NCBI GenBank assembly: GCA_038061615.1
Contig: JBBTYY010000015.1
Coordinates: 1,298 to 65,297, forward strand
Source of the DNA: Patescibacteria group bacterium
Lineage (GTDB): Bacteria > Patescibacteriota > Microgenomatia > Levybacterales > UBA12049
DNA length: 64,000 bases
Direction: 5' to 3'
Part shown: in pieces, positions 8,708 through 18,700 of the stretch
Position numbering within the stretch: the stretch's first letter is position 1
Layout of the letters: each line of letters begins with the position of its first letter
The notes under the pieces: generated by a model
What the model saw: the letters and a program-made list of their open reading frames with translations, nothing else
Told to the model about the DNA's origin: nothing
Databases searched by the model: none
Translations under genes and position numbers: made by a program

Positions 8708-9711
8708 TTCTTAAATATCTTAATTAAATTATCTAAAATAAATTTTCTACCGTTATAATCTTTTAAAAACGCAAATAGAATAGTGTCGACCAGCAAAAAA
8801 GTAATAGGCGCTTCTAATAAATAGAGCCAGTTTTTGTATTTTACCATCTTATAGAGAGAAAAAAATAGTACAGGGAAAAAAAGGTTGGCAGATATGATAA
8901 GCAAAGAGAGCTTGAGAAAATCACGAAAATTGGTTAAATCAAACCACTTGTAGTGACCTCGCGTCTTTTCGTATCGAAGATAACTCCTCTCGACATTTCT
9001 AATTCTTTTGGCTAATAATTGACTTAAACTATCTGCATGAAAGTGATAATATCCAGCATCTGGAACGTATGCAAATTTGACGTATCCATTTTTTACCAGA
9101 AGTACAAGATTACCCATATCGTACCAAAGTTTTTTGCTACCCAAGAGCTCTCTCATAACACTCATTCGATAAAGACCATGCGATTGCGGTGGAATTTTAT
9201 CGATTCTGTATCTACAAATATAATACCCCTTCCTTCTTTCCTCTAAAACTTCCTCAATTCCTGGACTAAAAAATTGGTAGACAAGATCTCGCTGAAAAAC
9301 ATCAAGATTAAGGTATCGGGTTACAAGCGACTCTTTTGGATGGGAGTAGTACCGTGTAATTGAGGCTGCAATATCAGGATTTTCTATGAAAGGTTTTGCC
9401 ATTTTCAAAAACCAATCTCTCCCTCGAAAACGCATATCTGCCCCAATCGCGGTGAACAGGTCACCAGTTGCCGATCGAAATCCAATAGTCGCAGAAAGAT
9501 CACCATCTCGCTTACCATTTCGCAAGACCTTTACAGGAAAAGCTCTTGCGATAGTCACAGTATTATCTGTTGAATCATCATCTACGATGATCACTTCAAG
9601 TTTATCCTTTGGATAGTCTTGATTAAATATAGAAGTTAAACAATCTCTAATGTTTTCTTCTTCGTTATAAGTGAAAATGCAATAGCTAATCTTTGGTAAT
9701 GATGAAGGCAT
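8704..9711 (-). CDS. GT2 glycosyltransferase with C-terminal TM segments
   Basis: TYNEE and VDDDSTDNT. Confidence 0.85.
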   Translation of the reverse strand: MPSSLPKISYCIFTYNEEENIRDCLTSIFNQDYPKDKLEVIIVDDDSTDNTVTIARAFPVKVLRNGKRDGDLSATIGFRSATGDLFTAIGADMRFRGRDWFLKMAKPFIENPDIAASITRYYSHPKESLVTRYLNLDVFQRDLVYQFFSPGIEEVLEERRKGYYICRYRIDKIPPQSHGLYRMSVMRELLGSKKLWYDMGNLVLLVKNGYVKFAYVPDAGYYHFHADSLSQLLAKRIRNVERSYLRYEKTRGHYKWFDLTNFRDFLKLSLLIISANLFFPVLFFSLYKMVKYKNWLYLLEAPITFLLVDTILFAFLKDYNGRKFILDNLIKIFKK

Positions 9712-9715
9712 CTTA

Positions 9716-10693
9716 CTAACGCACTAAATGCTTAACTAAAAGTCCTTTCACAAAAAAAATTCCATAGGTAATATGAGTCATAATTATACCAAGACCAGCT
9801 ATAAGCGAAAGGATAAAGCCAACTTTATGATTATAAACAGAAAAAACAGCACATGAAAGAACAAATAAAAAAAGTGAAATAAATACCAATGCAACATATG
9901 GAGGACATAGCATAGAAAGAATAATACCTCCAATAAAACAAACCGTTAAGGTAGCAGGTAAAAGATAGATAATTCTTCTTGAGGTTTCTGGATACTTTAT
10001 AAAAAAATATCCTCTATGCAAACCGACACCTGCTATTTGTTTTAAGAAACTGATTGGAAACTTACGCCTATGATGATAGACAACAATATTTGAATCATAC
10101 ATAATTTTTCCATACTTAATTAGCTTCATGCAAAGCAATGTATCTTCCCCTCCATAAAAAGTTGATCCATAACCTCCCACTTTTTTTAAAATACTAGTGC
10201 GTACAAATAGGTTATATGCAGGATAATCATTTACAAATATTTTTGCTCCGGTTCGATAAAAACGGTATTGAATACCTCCACTGCAAAGATAGGATTCAAT
10301 AATGTATCCCCCAATTTTTTCCAAAAATGAATCATCCGGAGGCGTAATTCCAGGACCTACTACTGCAACTATGTGTGGATTTTCAAAATATTTTACTGCT
10401 TTTTGAAGCCAATCTTCGCTTGAATACGCATCATCATCAATAAAAGCACAAATTTCGCCTTTTGCTATTTTTATTGCCAAATCTCTTTTTTCTGCCGGCC
10501 CTGTATGCGCTTGATGAGTCAGGAGTAGTTTGACCTTCCTTTCTATGTTAGGTAGTGAAACGTTCTTGTCACAGACAACTATAATCTCAAAGTTATTGTA
10601 TTTTAGTTTTGAAAATTTCTGAAAATCTTTGAAAAAACGTTCAGAAATTACGTACAAAGGAATAATAATCGATACAAAGGGTTGTCGACGCAT
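9716..10693 (-). CDS. GT2 glycosyltransferase
   Basis: VSIIIP, FIDDDA, GGED and C-terminal TMs. Confidence 0.85.
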   Translation of the reverse strand: MRRQPFVSIIIPLYVISERFFKDFQKFSKLKYNNFEIIVVCDKNVSLPNIERKVKLLLTHQAHTGPAEKRDLAIKIAKGEICAFIDDDAYSSEDWLQKAVKYFENPHIVAVVGPGITPPDDSFLEKIGGYIIESYLCSGGIQYRFYRTGAKIFVNDYPAYNLFVRTSILKKVGGYGSTFYGGEDTLLCMKLIKYGKIMYDSNIVVYHHRRKFPISFLKQIAGVGLHRGYFFIKYPETSRRIIYLLPATLTVCFIGGIILSMLCPPYVALVFISLFLFVLSCAVFSVYNHKVGFILSLIAGLGIIMTHITYGIFFVKGLLVKHLVR

Positions 10694-10875
10694 AGAAAAA
10701 TTTAAACTATTTTATCATAAACTTAAGTATTGAGTAATAGCAAATTGAGAGCAATCTGTGATAAAATTGATCCAAACATAAAACAAGAAAAATTCTTAAT
10801 TTCAGTCCGAAAACCTCAATTCAAAGCGCTGTTTGTGAAATTGTTGGAAAGGTTTACTTACACAATAAAATTTAG

Positions 10876-11451
10876 ATGATAAAAGCTTTTAGTTTGATCA
10901 ATGCCGACTGGAATAGATATTTAAAAGCCCACGCCAGTACAAATAAAAAATGGAGTATTCTTGAAAAGACTGCAATCTTTTTTCATAATCCGAATATGTT
11001 TTTTATCATGATGTATGGGGTAGAAAGCTACCTATTTACCCATGAAATTCCTATATTACGATATCTTGGTTATCTTTTGTATCCATTTTATTTCTACATA
11101 AATTATTTATTTTTAGATCTGCATATTCATCCAACTGTGAAAATTGATAAGGGTTTTTACCTCCATTACAAAGGTATTATTATTACCAAAACAGTTTCGG
11201 CTGGTGAGAATTTAACACTTATGGGCCCATTAACAATAGGAACTGACCTTGGAGAAGGACAAGGAGCGAAAATTGGAAAAAATGTTACAATATGTACTGG
11301 TGCACGAATTATTGGAGACTTAACCATAGGTGATAATGTGATAATAGGAGCAGGAAGTGTAGTCGTTAAGGATATTCCATCAAATGTAATTGTTGCCGGC
11401 GTTCCTGCTAAAATTATAAAGCAGTATAAGGAATACAAAGAAAAAAAATAA
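10876..11451 (+). CDS. hexapeptide-repeat O-acetyltransferase (CysE/WcaB-like)
   Basis: IGDNVIIGAGSVVVKDIP and AGVPAKII. Confidence 0.85.
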   Translation: MIKAFSLINADWNRYLKAHASTNKKWSILEKTAIFFHNPNMFFIMMYGVESYLFTHEIPILRYLGYLLYPFYFYINYLFLDLHIHPTVKIDKGFYLHYKGIIITKTVSAGENLTLMGPLTIGTDLGEGQGAKIGKNVTICTGARIIGDLTIGDNVIIGAGSVVVKDIPSNVIVAGVPAKIIKQYKEYKEKK

Positions 11452-11454
11452 TAT

Positions 11455-12471
11455 ATGAAAAAAGGACAATTCATAAAAGACAAAAAAATTTTAGTTACAG
11501 GAGGAACGGGATCTTTTGGGACAATGTTTATAAGAGAGATATTGAAATTCGATCCGAGAGAAATCATCGTTTTCAGTCGAGATGAAGACAAGCAGGGTGC
11601 AATGAGGTTGTCCTATAAAGGTAATAGCAAGTTAAGATTCATTCTTGGGGATGTTAGAGACATACGAAGTGTCAAGGAAGCGGTAAGAGGCGTAGATATC
11701 ATTGTTCATGCTGCTGCGTTAAAGTGGATACCAGAAGTTGAGTTAAACGTATGGGAAGCAGTAAAAACAAATGTTATCGGCGCACAAAATATTATTGAAG
11801 CGGCAAGAGATGCGAATGTCGAAAAAGTTCTCGCGTTATCAACAGATAAGGCTGTTGAACCGGTGAATGCCTACGGCATGGCAAAGGCTTTGCAAGAAAG
11901 GCTTATGACAACTGCTAATCTCTACGATAATGGCGCTCGAACAATTTTTGTTTCTACACGATATGGAAACGTGCTGGGATCGAGAGGATCCGTAGTGCCA
12001 CTTTTCCGATCTCTCATCGAACAGGGAAAACCTCTCACCATTACCGATCCTTCGATGACAAGATTTCTTCTCACCCTTAAGGAAAGCGTTGAGCTTGTTT
12101 TGAAAGCATTAGAAGAAGGGGTCGGTGGAGAGGTATTCGTTCGTAAGATGCCAGCTCATACGATGGGAGATTTGGTGGATGTTATGCTGCAAGCTCTGCC
12201 ACGGGAAAAAAGAAAGGTTACATCAATCGGAGTACGGCCCGGAGAGAAGATCCACGAGTTGCTCGTGAACACAGCAGAATCTGCTCGAACTGTCAAGCTG
12301 GATGATTACTATGTAATCTTACCGCAGGTTCAGATTCCGGCAGTCGAAAAAAAATACAAACACGTGAAACGGCTTGGTGAATTTCGTTATGATTCGGATA
12401 CCACAAGGCGTATGAGTAAAAGCGAGCTAGCCAGGGTTCTTAAAGCAGAAGGTTGGATACAGCAACTTTGA
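11455..12471 (+). CDS. UDP-GlcNAc 4,6-dehydratase (PseB/FlaA1/CapE-like)
   Basis: TGGTGSFG, FSRDEDKQ, STDKA, RYGNVLGSRGSVVP and RPGEKIHE. Confidence 0.9.
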   Translation: MKKGQFIKDKKILVTGGTGSFGTMFIREILKFDPREIIVFSRDEDKQGAMRLSYKGNSKLRFILGDVRDIRSVKEAVRGVDIIVHAAALKWIPEVELNVWEAVKTNVIGAQNIIEAARDANVEKVLALSTDKAVEPVNAYGMAKALQERLMTTANLYDNGARTIFVSTRYGNVLGSRGSVVPLFRSLIEQGKPLTITDPSMTRFLLTLKESVELVLKALEEGVGGEVFVRKMPAHTMGDLVDVMLQALPREKRKVTSIGVRPGEKIHELLVNTAESARTVKLDDYYVILPQVQIPAVEKKYKHVKRLGEFRYDSDTTRRMSKSELARVLKAEGWIQQL

Positions 12472-13599
12472 ATGAAAAGAGTTTTATTGGTATCCCATTA
12501 TACAGGAACGCCTGGCGGACCGGTAGATAAGTTTTACGAGTTCTTAAAAAGAGAAAATACGGTTTATGATATTCGTCATCCCCTCTGGCTAAACAGCAAC
12601 TTACCCAGCATTATCAGCGATGGACACAAAGAAACTGCTTTTAGAATTTATTCCCCCATCCGATATCTGTTAGAAGGCCTCATTACTGTGTTCTTTTGGT
12701 ATCGGTTTTTTGGCAGATCAAAGAAAATAGATCTTGCAATTTGTTTTGATTCGCTCTCTTTTATTCATATATTCATGTTAAAATTTTTATTTCATGTAAG
12801 CAAAATTGTATTTTATAATATTGACTATTCTCGAGAACGTTTTAAAAACAGAGTAATGAATTTTATTTATCAAAAAATTAGCCTCTTCTCTTACAAAAAA
12901 TGCGACTACTTTTTTTCACTGTATGACACATTCATTAAAGAAATCGACCCGAAGGGAACATTTGCATACAAAAATTATTTAGTTAAAACTACAGTTAACA
13001 CACGCTCTATTAACACCCGGTTAAAAAAAAATAAAAACTCTCTAATCTACGCCGGTGTCTTGGACTATGGCTCTGTGAACTTTGACTCCCTTCTTGCTGC
13101 GCTAAAAAAACTAAAAGAAGACGGAGTTGAATTTCGGTTTGACATTTATGGAAAAGAAGGGCCAAACGGTGAATTGCGAAAAAAAATAGCAAAACTTCAT
13201 CTTGAGAAATTTGTGTTCTTAAAAGGTGTCGTAGAAAATAAGATACTAATCGAAGAGATCCTTCCGCGATATAAAATCGGGGTATGTCCATATGCTACGA
13301 AGAAAGACCGTTTGGCCCCGGATCATGTATTCCTAGGTTCCGATTTAACAGCCAAGCTTGTGGATTATATAGCAGCAGGCTTACCAGTTGTTACTACCGA
13401 AATTAACGATGCTTTTAATATGATAGAGGAAAATAAGTTCGGTTTTTTAGTCAACACAACGGAAGATTGGTATATAGCAATTAAAAAATTATTTATAAAT
13501 CAAACTCTCTATGCGGAATATAAAAATAATGCTTTAAAGTTTGCTAAAAATTATGACGAAAGAAAAGTCTTAAATCCAATTTTTAAAAAAATCCTTTGA
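12472..13599 (+). CDS. GT4 glycosyltransferase
   Basis: KLVDYIAAGLPVV C-terminal GT-B motif. Confidence 0.8.
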   Translation: MKRVLLVSHYTGTPGGPVDKFYEFLKRENTVYDIRHPLWLNSNLPSIISDGHKETAFRIYSPIRYLLEGLITVFFWYRFFGRSKKIDLAICFDSLSFIHIFMLKFLFHVSKIVFYNIDYSRERFKNRVMNFIYQKISLFSYKKCDYFFSLYDTFIKEIDPKGTFAYKNYLVKTTVNTRSINTRLKKNKNSLIYAGVLDYGSVNFDSLLAALKKLKEDGVEFRFDIYGKEGPNGELRKKIAKLHLEKFVFLKGVVENKILIEEILPRYKIGVCPYATKKDRLAPDHVFLGSDLTAKLVDYIAAGLPVVTTEINDAFNMIEENKFGFLVNTTEDWYIAIKKLFINQTLYAEYKNNALKFAKNYDERKVLNPIFKKIL

Positions 13600-13606
13600 A
13601 ACTACA

Positions 13607-15793
13607 TTAATTCTTAAATATGAAGTTACGTCTTATCCCTATTAAAAGTACAACTAGTACAATAACCGTAAAAAGAGATACTAATCTTCCATAATAAAAA
13701 TATTTTTCTTGGGTGTAATAGACCTTAACATTATATTTACCAACTTTATTAAGCACAAAACTATTTAAGCCATTTTTTGTTTTATTCGAAGTTACGTATT
13801 TCCCGTCGATTCGTGCAATCCAATACGGACTGAAGTTTTCTGAGAAAACAAGCTTAGTAGGCTGCGAAATTTCTATATCCAAATCGTATGCTGTAGGACT
13901 AAGTATCTCATAGATCACTTTTCCTTCTCCCTGTAGCCAAAAATGGTTCTTGTATGATTGGGTTTCGTAAACTGTAATTTTGCCGGTTTTTATCTTTTTT
14001 AACCAACCTATATTATCTAATTGTTTTTCGAGATTAACTCTTTGTTTCTCATCGTATTTTCTGTCCCTCATGAAGATCTCCCCTATTGAATCGTATGGGA
14101 TAATTACATATTTTACAGACAGTTCTTCTAGTAATCTTTTAGATTCTGGTCTCTGTAATTTAGAAACTGTCTGGGCAGAATTTGCTTGCAGTGAGCTTGC
14201 CGAATCTGTTGCTTTAAAAAGTGGTTGTACCTCAACTGCCGGATGAATATTTGACGCGAAGGTAAATCTTTGCTGTCTTGGAATCCAAAGAGTTCGGAAA
14301 AAATCTGGTTGATCATACAAGAAGTCTTTTAGCTTTATGTATTCGCTTGGTACTTCATGTTTTTCAAACGTCCCCCCAAGCTGACCAAGAAAAACCGGCC
14401 TAATCAATAGTATTAAGTATAAAGTGATAAGTATTAAAAATAAGTTTTGGAAATTAAAAATTTTGTTTTTTATTGAAAATTGAAAATTGAAAATTGAAAA
14501 TTTATTATGCAATTCTAGCGATTCATAAATTTTCCAAATGCTAAAAGGTATCAACACAGAGTAAGACAGGGCGATTAGTGAATAGAATTTAGTTGAGTCT
14601 CTAAACATATTCATTCCGGGAAAATTTTGAAATAACCAGGAGTTAATTTCGCTAAATGGCGGGCTTGCGCCTTTGGCTAGAAATGCGCCAACCAAACCAA
14701 GCAAGGCAAAGAATATAATTGCTCCATTGTTAAATTGCTTCATTGCTACATTATTGTCAAATTTTTGATTTTTAATTTGTATTTTTGATCTTTGATCTTT
14801 AATTTTTGATATAAAAAGCAAACTGCTATACGCAAGTATCGGCAATATTAAAAACTCCGGTTGCAAAAAGTATATTTTTCCAAATATGTTTTCCGGCCAG
14901 TTAGGATGAAGAAGGGAAATACTATTTGAAAAATTTGCAAAACTAAAAAACTCAAATCCGGACACGCTAACAAAACCTTCCGGTATTGGCAAATTCTTGG
15001 TAAACAACAAGGGAAAAATCCAATAACTGTGAAGCAAAACCGCAATCCCAATAGGAATAGCAAAAGTATAAAGTAGAAAGTATAAAGTAGAAAGTATTTT
15101 CTCCCTTAGCGTTTTTACACTTAATGCATAATACGTCGTACTTAATACTGCATAGATTGCAATAGCAATCATACTTAAGTAAGCGATTCTGGGATCAAAC
15201 ATGACTTGAAGCGACAAGACCAATCCAGCAATAATTTGTAATTTGTAATTTGTAATTTGTAATTTGTAATTTAATGCGGAGGAATTAATTAAATTAACGA
15301 GTTTTATAAACCTTGCAAGAACAAGCGGTGCGATGGAGTAAGCCAACGCTACCCCCATCTGTCCTCCTCCGACTACCATTAAAATATATGTATTTGCAGT
15401 AAAAATAAGCGCAGATAGTCCTATCTGCCAAAAGCGGCTTCTGGAAAAAATAGTTTTTAAAAGATAAATGCTTGAAGAAATTGATAGAGCAATAAAAAGT
15501 CCAAACCAAAACAATTTATATCCAATAGCCCATGGTATATGCAAAATGCTAGTAGAAAGGTAAGCGCTAAAATAAAGATATTGATCCAGATAGTATGTTA
15601 GGATTGTCCCGCCAAGCCCATTACCATGAACCAAGCTCCAGGCAGGCGGAAACAATGTAAATTCTTTTAAGGTCTCATTAAAAAAATAGGGCCAATCTCC
15701 CCCAATTATGTTTGCATTAACAAACCATGAATAATAGATATCCACAAGCAAAATAATAAAAATACTAGTAAATAACATGCTCAATTTGCTCAT
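13607..15793 (-). CDS. polytopic membrane protein, probable GT-C glycosyltransferase (AftD/YfhO-like), with several repeat-derived insertions
   Basis: Many TMs, FPGMNMFRDSTKF, C-terminal LVFSENFSPYW. Confidence 0.7.
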   Translation of the reverse strand: MSKLSMLFTSIFIILLVDIYYSWFVNANIIGGDWPYFFNETLKEFTLFPPAWSLVHGNGLGGTILTYYLDQYLYFSAYLSTSILHIPWAIGYKLFWFGLFIALSISSSIYLLKTIFSRSRFWQIGLSALIFTANTYILMVVGGGQMGVALAYSIAPLVLARFIKLVNLINSSALNYKLQITNYKLQIIAGLVLSLQVMFDPRIAYLSMIAIAIYAVLSTTYYALSVKTLREKILSTLYFLLYTFAIPIGIAVLLHSYWIFPLLFTKNLPIPEGFVSVSGFEFFSFANFSNSISLLHPNWPENIFGKIYFLQPEFLILPILAYSSLLFISKIKDQRSKIQIKNQKFDNNVAMKQFNNGAIIFFALLGLVGAFLAKGASPPFSEINSWLFQNFPGMNMFRDSTKFYSLIALSYSVLIPFSIWKIYESLELHNKFSIFNFQFSIKNKIFNFQNLFLILITLYLILLIRPVFLGQLGGTFEKHEVPSEYIKLKDFLYDQPDFFRTLWIPRQQRFTFASNIHPAVEVQPLFKATDSASSLQANSAQTVSKLQRPESKRLLEELSVKYVIIPYDSIGEIFMRDRKYDEKQRVNLEKQLDNIGWLKKIKTGKITVYETQSYKNHFWLQGEGKVIYEILSPTAYDLDIEISQPTKLVFSENFSPYWIARIDGKYVTSNKTKNGLNSFVLNKVGKYNVKVYYTQEKYFYYGRLVSLFTVIVLVVLLIGIRRNFIFKN
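14184..14204 (-). repeat. REP-like element (TTCGGCAAGCTCACTGCAAGC) in frame
   Basis: Shares TTCG...CAAGCTCA with the 1641-1670 insert. Encodes SASSLQA. Confidence 0.5.
14408..14500. repeat. heptamer arrays (AAGTATT-like, then perfect (TTGAAAA)4 at 14473-14500)
   Basis: Encodes KFSIFNFQFSIK and LFLILITLYLILLI. Confidence 0.85.
14718..14809. repeat. degenerate 8-mer array (ATTGCTNC) abutting a 7-mer array (TYTTTRA)
   Basis: attgctcc attgttaa attgcttc attgctac, then tttttga tctttga tctttaa tttttga. Encodes SKIKDQRSKIQIKNQKF-DNNVAMKQFNNGAI. Confidence 0.75.
15063..15149. repeat. heptamer arrays (AAAGTAK)5 and TAATRCN
   Basis: aaagtat aaagtag aaagtat aaagtag aaagtat at 15063-15097, and taatgca taatacg tcgtact taatact at 15122-15149. 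Confidence 0.8.
15232..15273. repeat. (TAATTTG)5 plus one near-perfect unit, in frame
   Basis: Encodes NYKLQITNYKLQI. Confidence 0.95.
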
Positions 15794-18700
15794 TTTAAAA
15801 TGATTTTTTTTGCAAAGAAGATGATAACAGCAAGAAAGGAAGCTAAGGATAGAAAAAGAAACCCATAGAAAGATTTTTGCGATGACAGCTCTATAGTAAG
15901 TGTATAATTCTCTTCTCCTTTTATATCTTGCGGTCTTATGATCCAGCCGTTGGCATACCCATTTACCTCAAAATGTCCGCCTTCAGCAATAGACCTTTTC
16001 CCCCATGTTTCAAAAGTAGATGGCGCAAGAAAAGTATTTGTGTGCATACCTTCTTTAACCATACCATTTAAATAAACCTGCTGAATCATATCGTGTCTTA
16101 TATCATCTTTTACAAAGATACCAACTAAAAATCTTTCCATCACTCCGAACATCCTAGATATTGCTCCTCGAATTTTTTCTTCACTACTAATATCCTTATT
16201 AAATAACTTCCAATTGGTATTAAATGCTTCTGAGAAAACAAGAGCATAAGGATCTTTTGCTCCACTGACAGTGACTTTATATTTCGTTGGGTTAATTTTT
16301 GTAAATATAATTTGCGGGGCAGCATATTTTTTAGAGAGCATAACTTTCTTAAACAGAATTCTGGGATACGGTACTTCTTCAACTCTAAGATTTTTTATAA
16401 GGACTTTATTGTTTATTTTGCCAGAATTTGCCAAAATATGAATATACCCGCCCAATGAACCTGGGTCGGAAGTAAAAACAGACTGGTGTATTTTCCAACC
16501 CTTAGAATTGAGGCTTTTTTCAAAAAAACTATTAGCTTTAATGCCTTCTCTTCTTCTCTCGTAAAACTTAAAAATAAAATCATCTCCATACGTGAGGTAA
16601 TCAAAGGTTACTATATATTGTCTATTTGGCCTCCAATTGGTAATTTCCTTCACTAATCCTGTTTCTTTTGCATAATCGCCAGAAGAATTTCCTGAAATAC
16701 TATGAATTGCTAATTCCGTGGAACTGATTACATTTTTCGTTTCTCCTGAATTTATCCAAAGAGAATCCTGAACTAAGTTAACAGTAGGAAGATATACAGT
16801 AAAATTTATACTCTCTTTACCGTTTATCACTATATTTTCAAATTTGGTTATTGCACCATTAATATTGCTTCCGGTAGGTCTTAATTTTGCCCCTTCAATT
16901 TCGATATATGCATTAGATAATCTATCAGGAAAATTTTCATTTTTATACTCTATATATACTTCGTATTCACCTGTTTCATCAGAAAGGTTAACCAAGCTGG
17001 CGTTGATAAAAGATGGTTTGACAGTTTTAATGTTTAATACCGCAGTTACATCACCCAACATAGTATGAACTAAACCTAAGAGGTAACGTTTTTCATATAG
17101 TGAATAAGCTGACTCTTTTATATTTGTTTCAAGGGTAATCTGATGTTGAAATAATTGCTCTGCTATTTTTATTCTATTTGCCTCTTGCCAGATCTTAGAT
17201 TCCGTTGTGTTGTTTACCCATTGCATTAATCCCATCATCCCTTCCTTATATCTGGCAATACTCGATTCCCAACTGTTATAGTTTTTCCAGTTATAAAATT
17301 CCCATAGCTTTGGTTCCTTCCATTGTTTCTTAACAATTGGTAGGTCCCATTTTGATGCTTCGGATATTCGTTTAGTCAAGAGCAAAAAACTTCGATCCAT
17401 ATACTTTTTATGTTGATTTTTTATTCTCCAAAGATCGAATCTTTCTCGCAAAATAGCAAATGGATATTGTATATCGTCTGGCTTGAGGGATATAAATGGT
17501 TGATGTTTATGTAAATGAGAGTTATCCGTTATCTCCCGTAAGGGGTTATTATCGTTTGCCTCCAAAATAACAGCAGTAGTATTTTTCATTGCATTATTAA
17601 CTTTAAAAATGGCAAAGGGTAAAGAAGCATTAAGCTGAGGAACTGAAAGAAGTGTGAGTGAATTGTTAGCTTGAATAATGTTCGTAGTTGCATATATATG
17701 AGGAAAATAAATATCATCTTTTATTGTATAAAGGTGGAATTTTTCACCGATGTCTCTTTTTTTCTCAATTGGCAGTTTATTAATAAATTCTCTGTATAAA
17801 TTTTGAGTTTGGGGAAGAAATGCCCGTACGTATCCGTAGGGAAACCCTGGAAATGTATTATCAAAAATATAAGGATCTGAATTGTAAAAAATATAGCGAA
17901 TATTCAGAATCGAAAAAAGATTTTTGATAGACTCGAAATCGTTATTCCTTACAGCTTGTAAAAAAAATTCAGAGAATGGTAATAACCCTTCATAACCGCT
18001 AAAATCATTTTTCCCTGCAAGGTAGGAAAATGTAGAAGGTCCTACATATGCTCCTCCATTTTTTCCTGCTATAAGCTGATACCCCGGATCAGGAAATGGA
18101 AAAGATAAAATTTTACCGTCAACTGGAAGATTGCGGATATAGGTAAGTACTTTCTCATATTTAGGGTCCATTTGTATAATTGGTTTTACGTATTTTGTTT
18201 GGTGCAGGTCAAGGCGATAAAAGGATCCATTAATAAATGGCCATGCCGTAAGCAAGGACAGTCCAACCACCACAAAACTCAACAAATACGCATATTTCTT
18301 TTTAACCTTATTAAAAACCGTATCCATTGATAAACCAAGTAAAACAGAGTAAAAAAACAGGTATGTAAACCCCCATTGACCATAAAAGTTACGAAACATA
18401 GAAAAACCAGGAATACGGAATAACGCTTTGTAAAAATTAAATCCAAGATCGGTTATATTTGCTGTAGCAAAAAAAAGTGTAACAAGAAAAAACAGAGCCG
18501 TTAAAAAAATAGTCTTTGTTTTACTCCACCACAATGCAAGAAAAATTATCGCGGGGAAAATAATAAAACCTGTAGATATGGTGTCTATCCTATGCAACTG
18601 GAGAAGACCCATAAAACTTATGCTTGCCTTAACGCTTTGCGCAATAGCAATAAAATAATCCAAACCTCTTGAGGATATCGCTTTTTCAGAAAAAACCGCA

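Noticed and set aside
13023-13031. A9 and similar A/T homopolymers as phase-variation sites
   Set aside because: Common throughout this AT-rich, Lys/Phe-rich sequence and no frameshifted gene is associated
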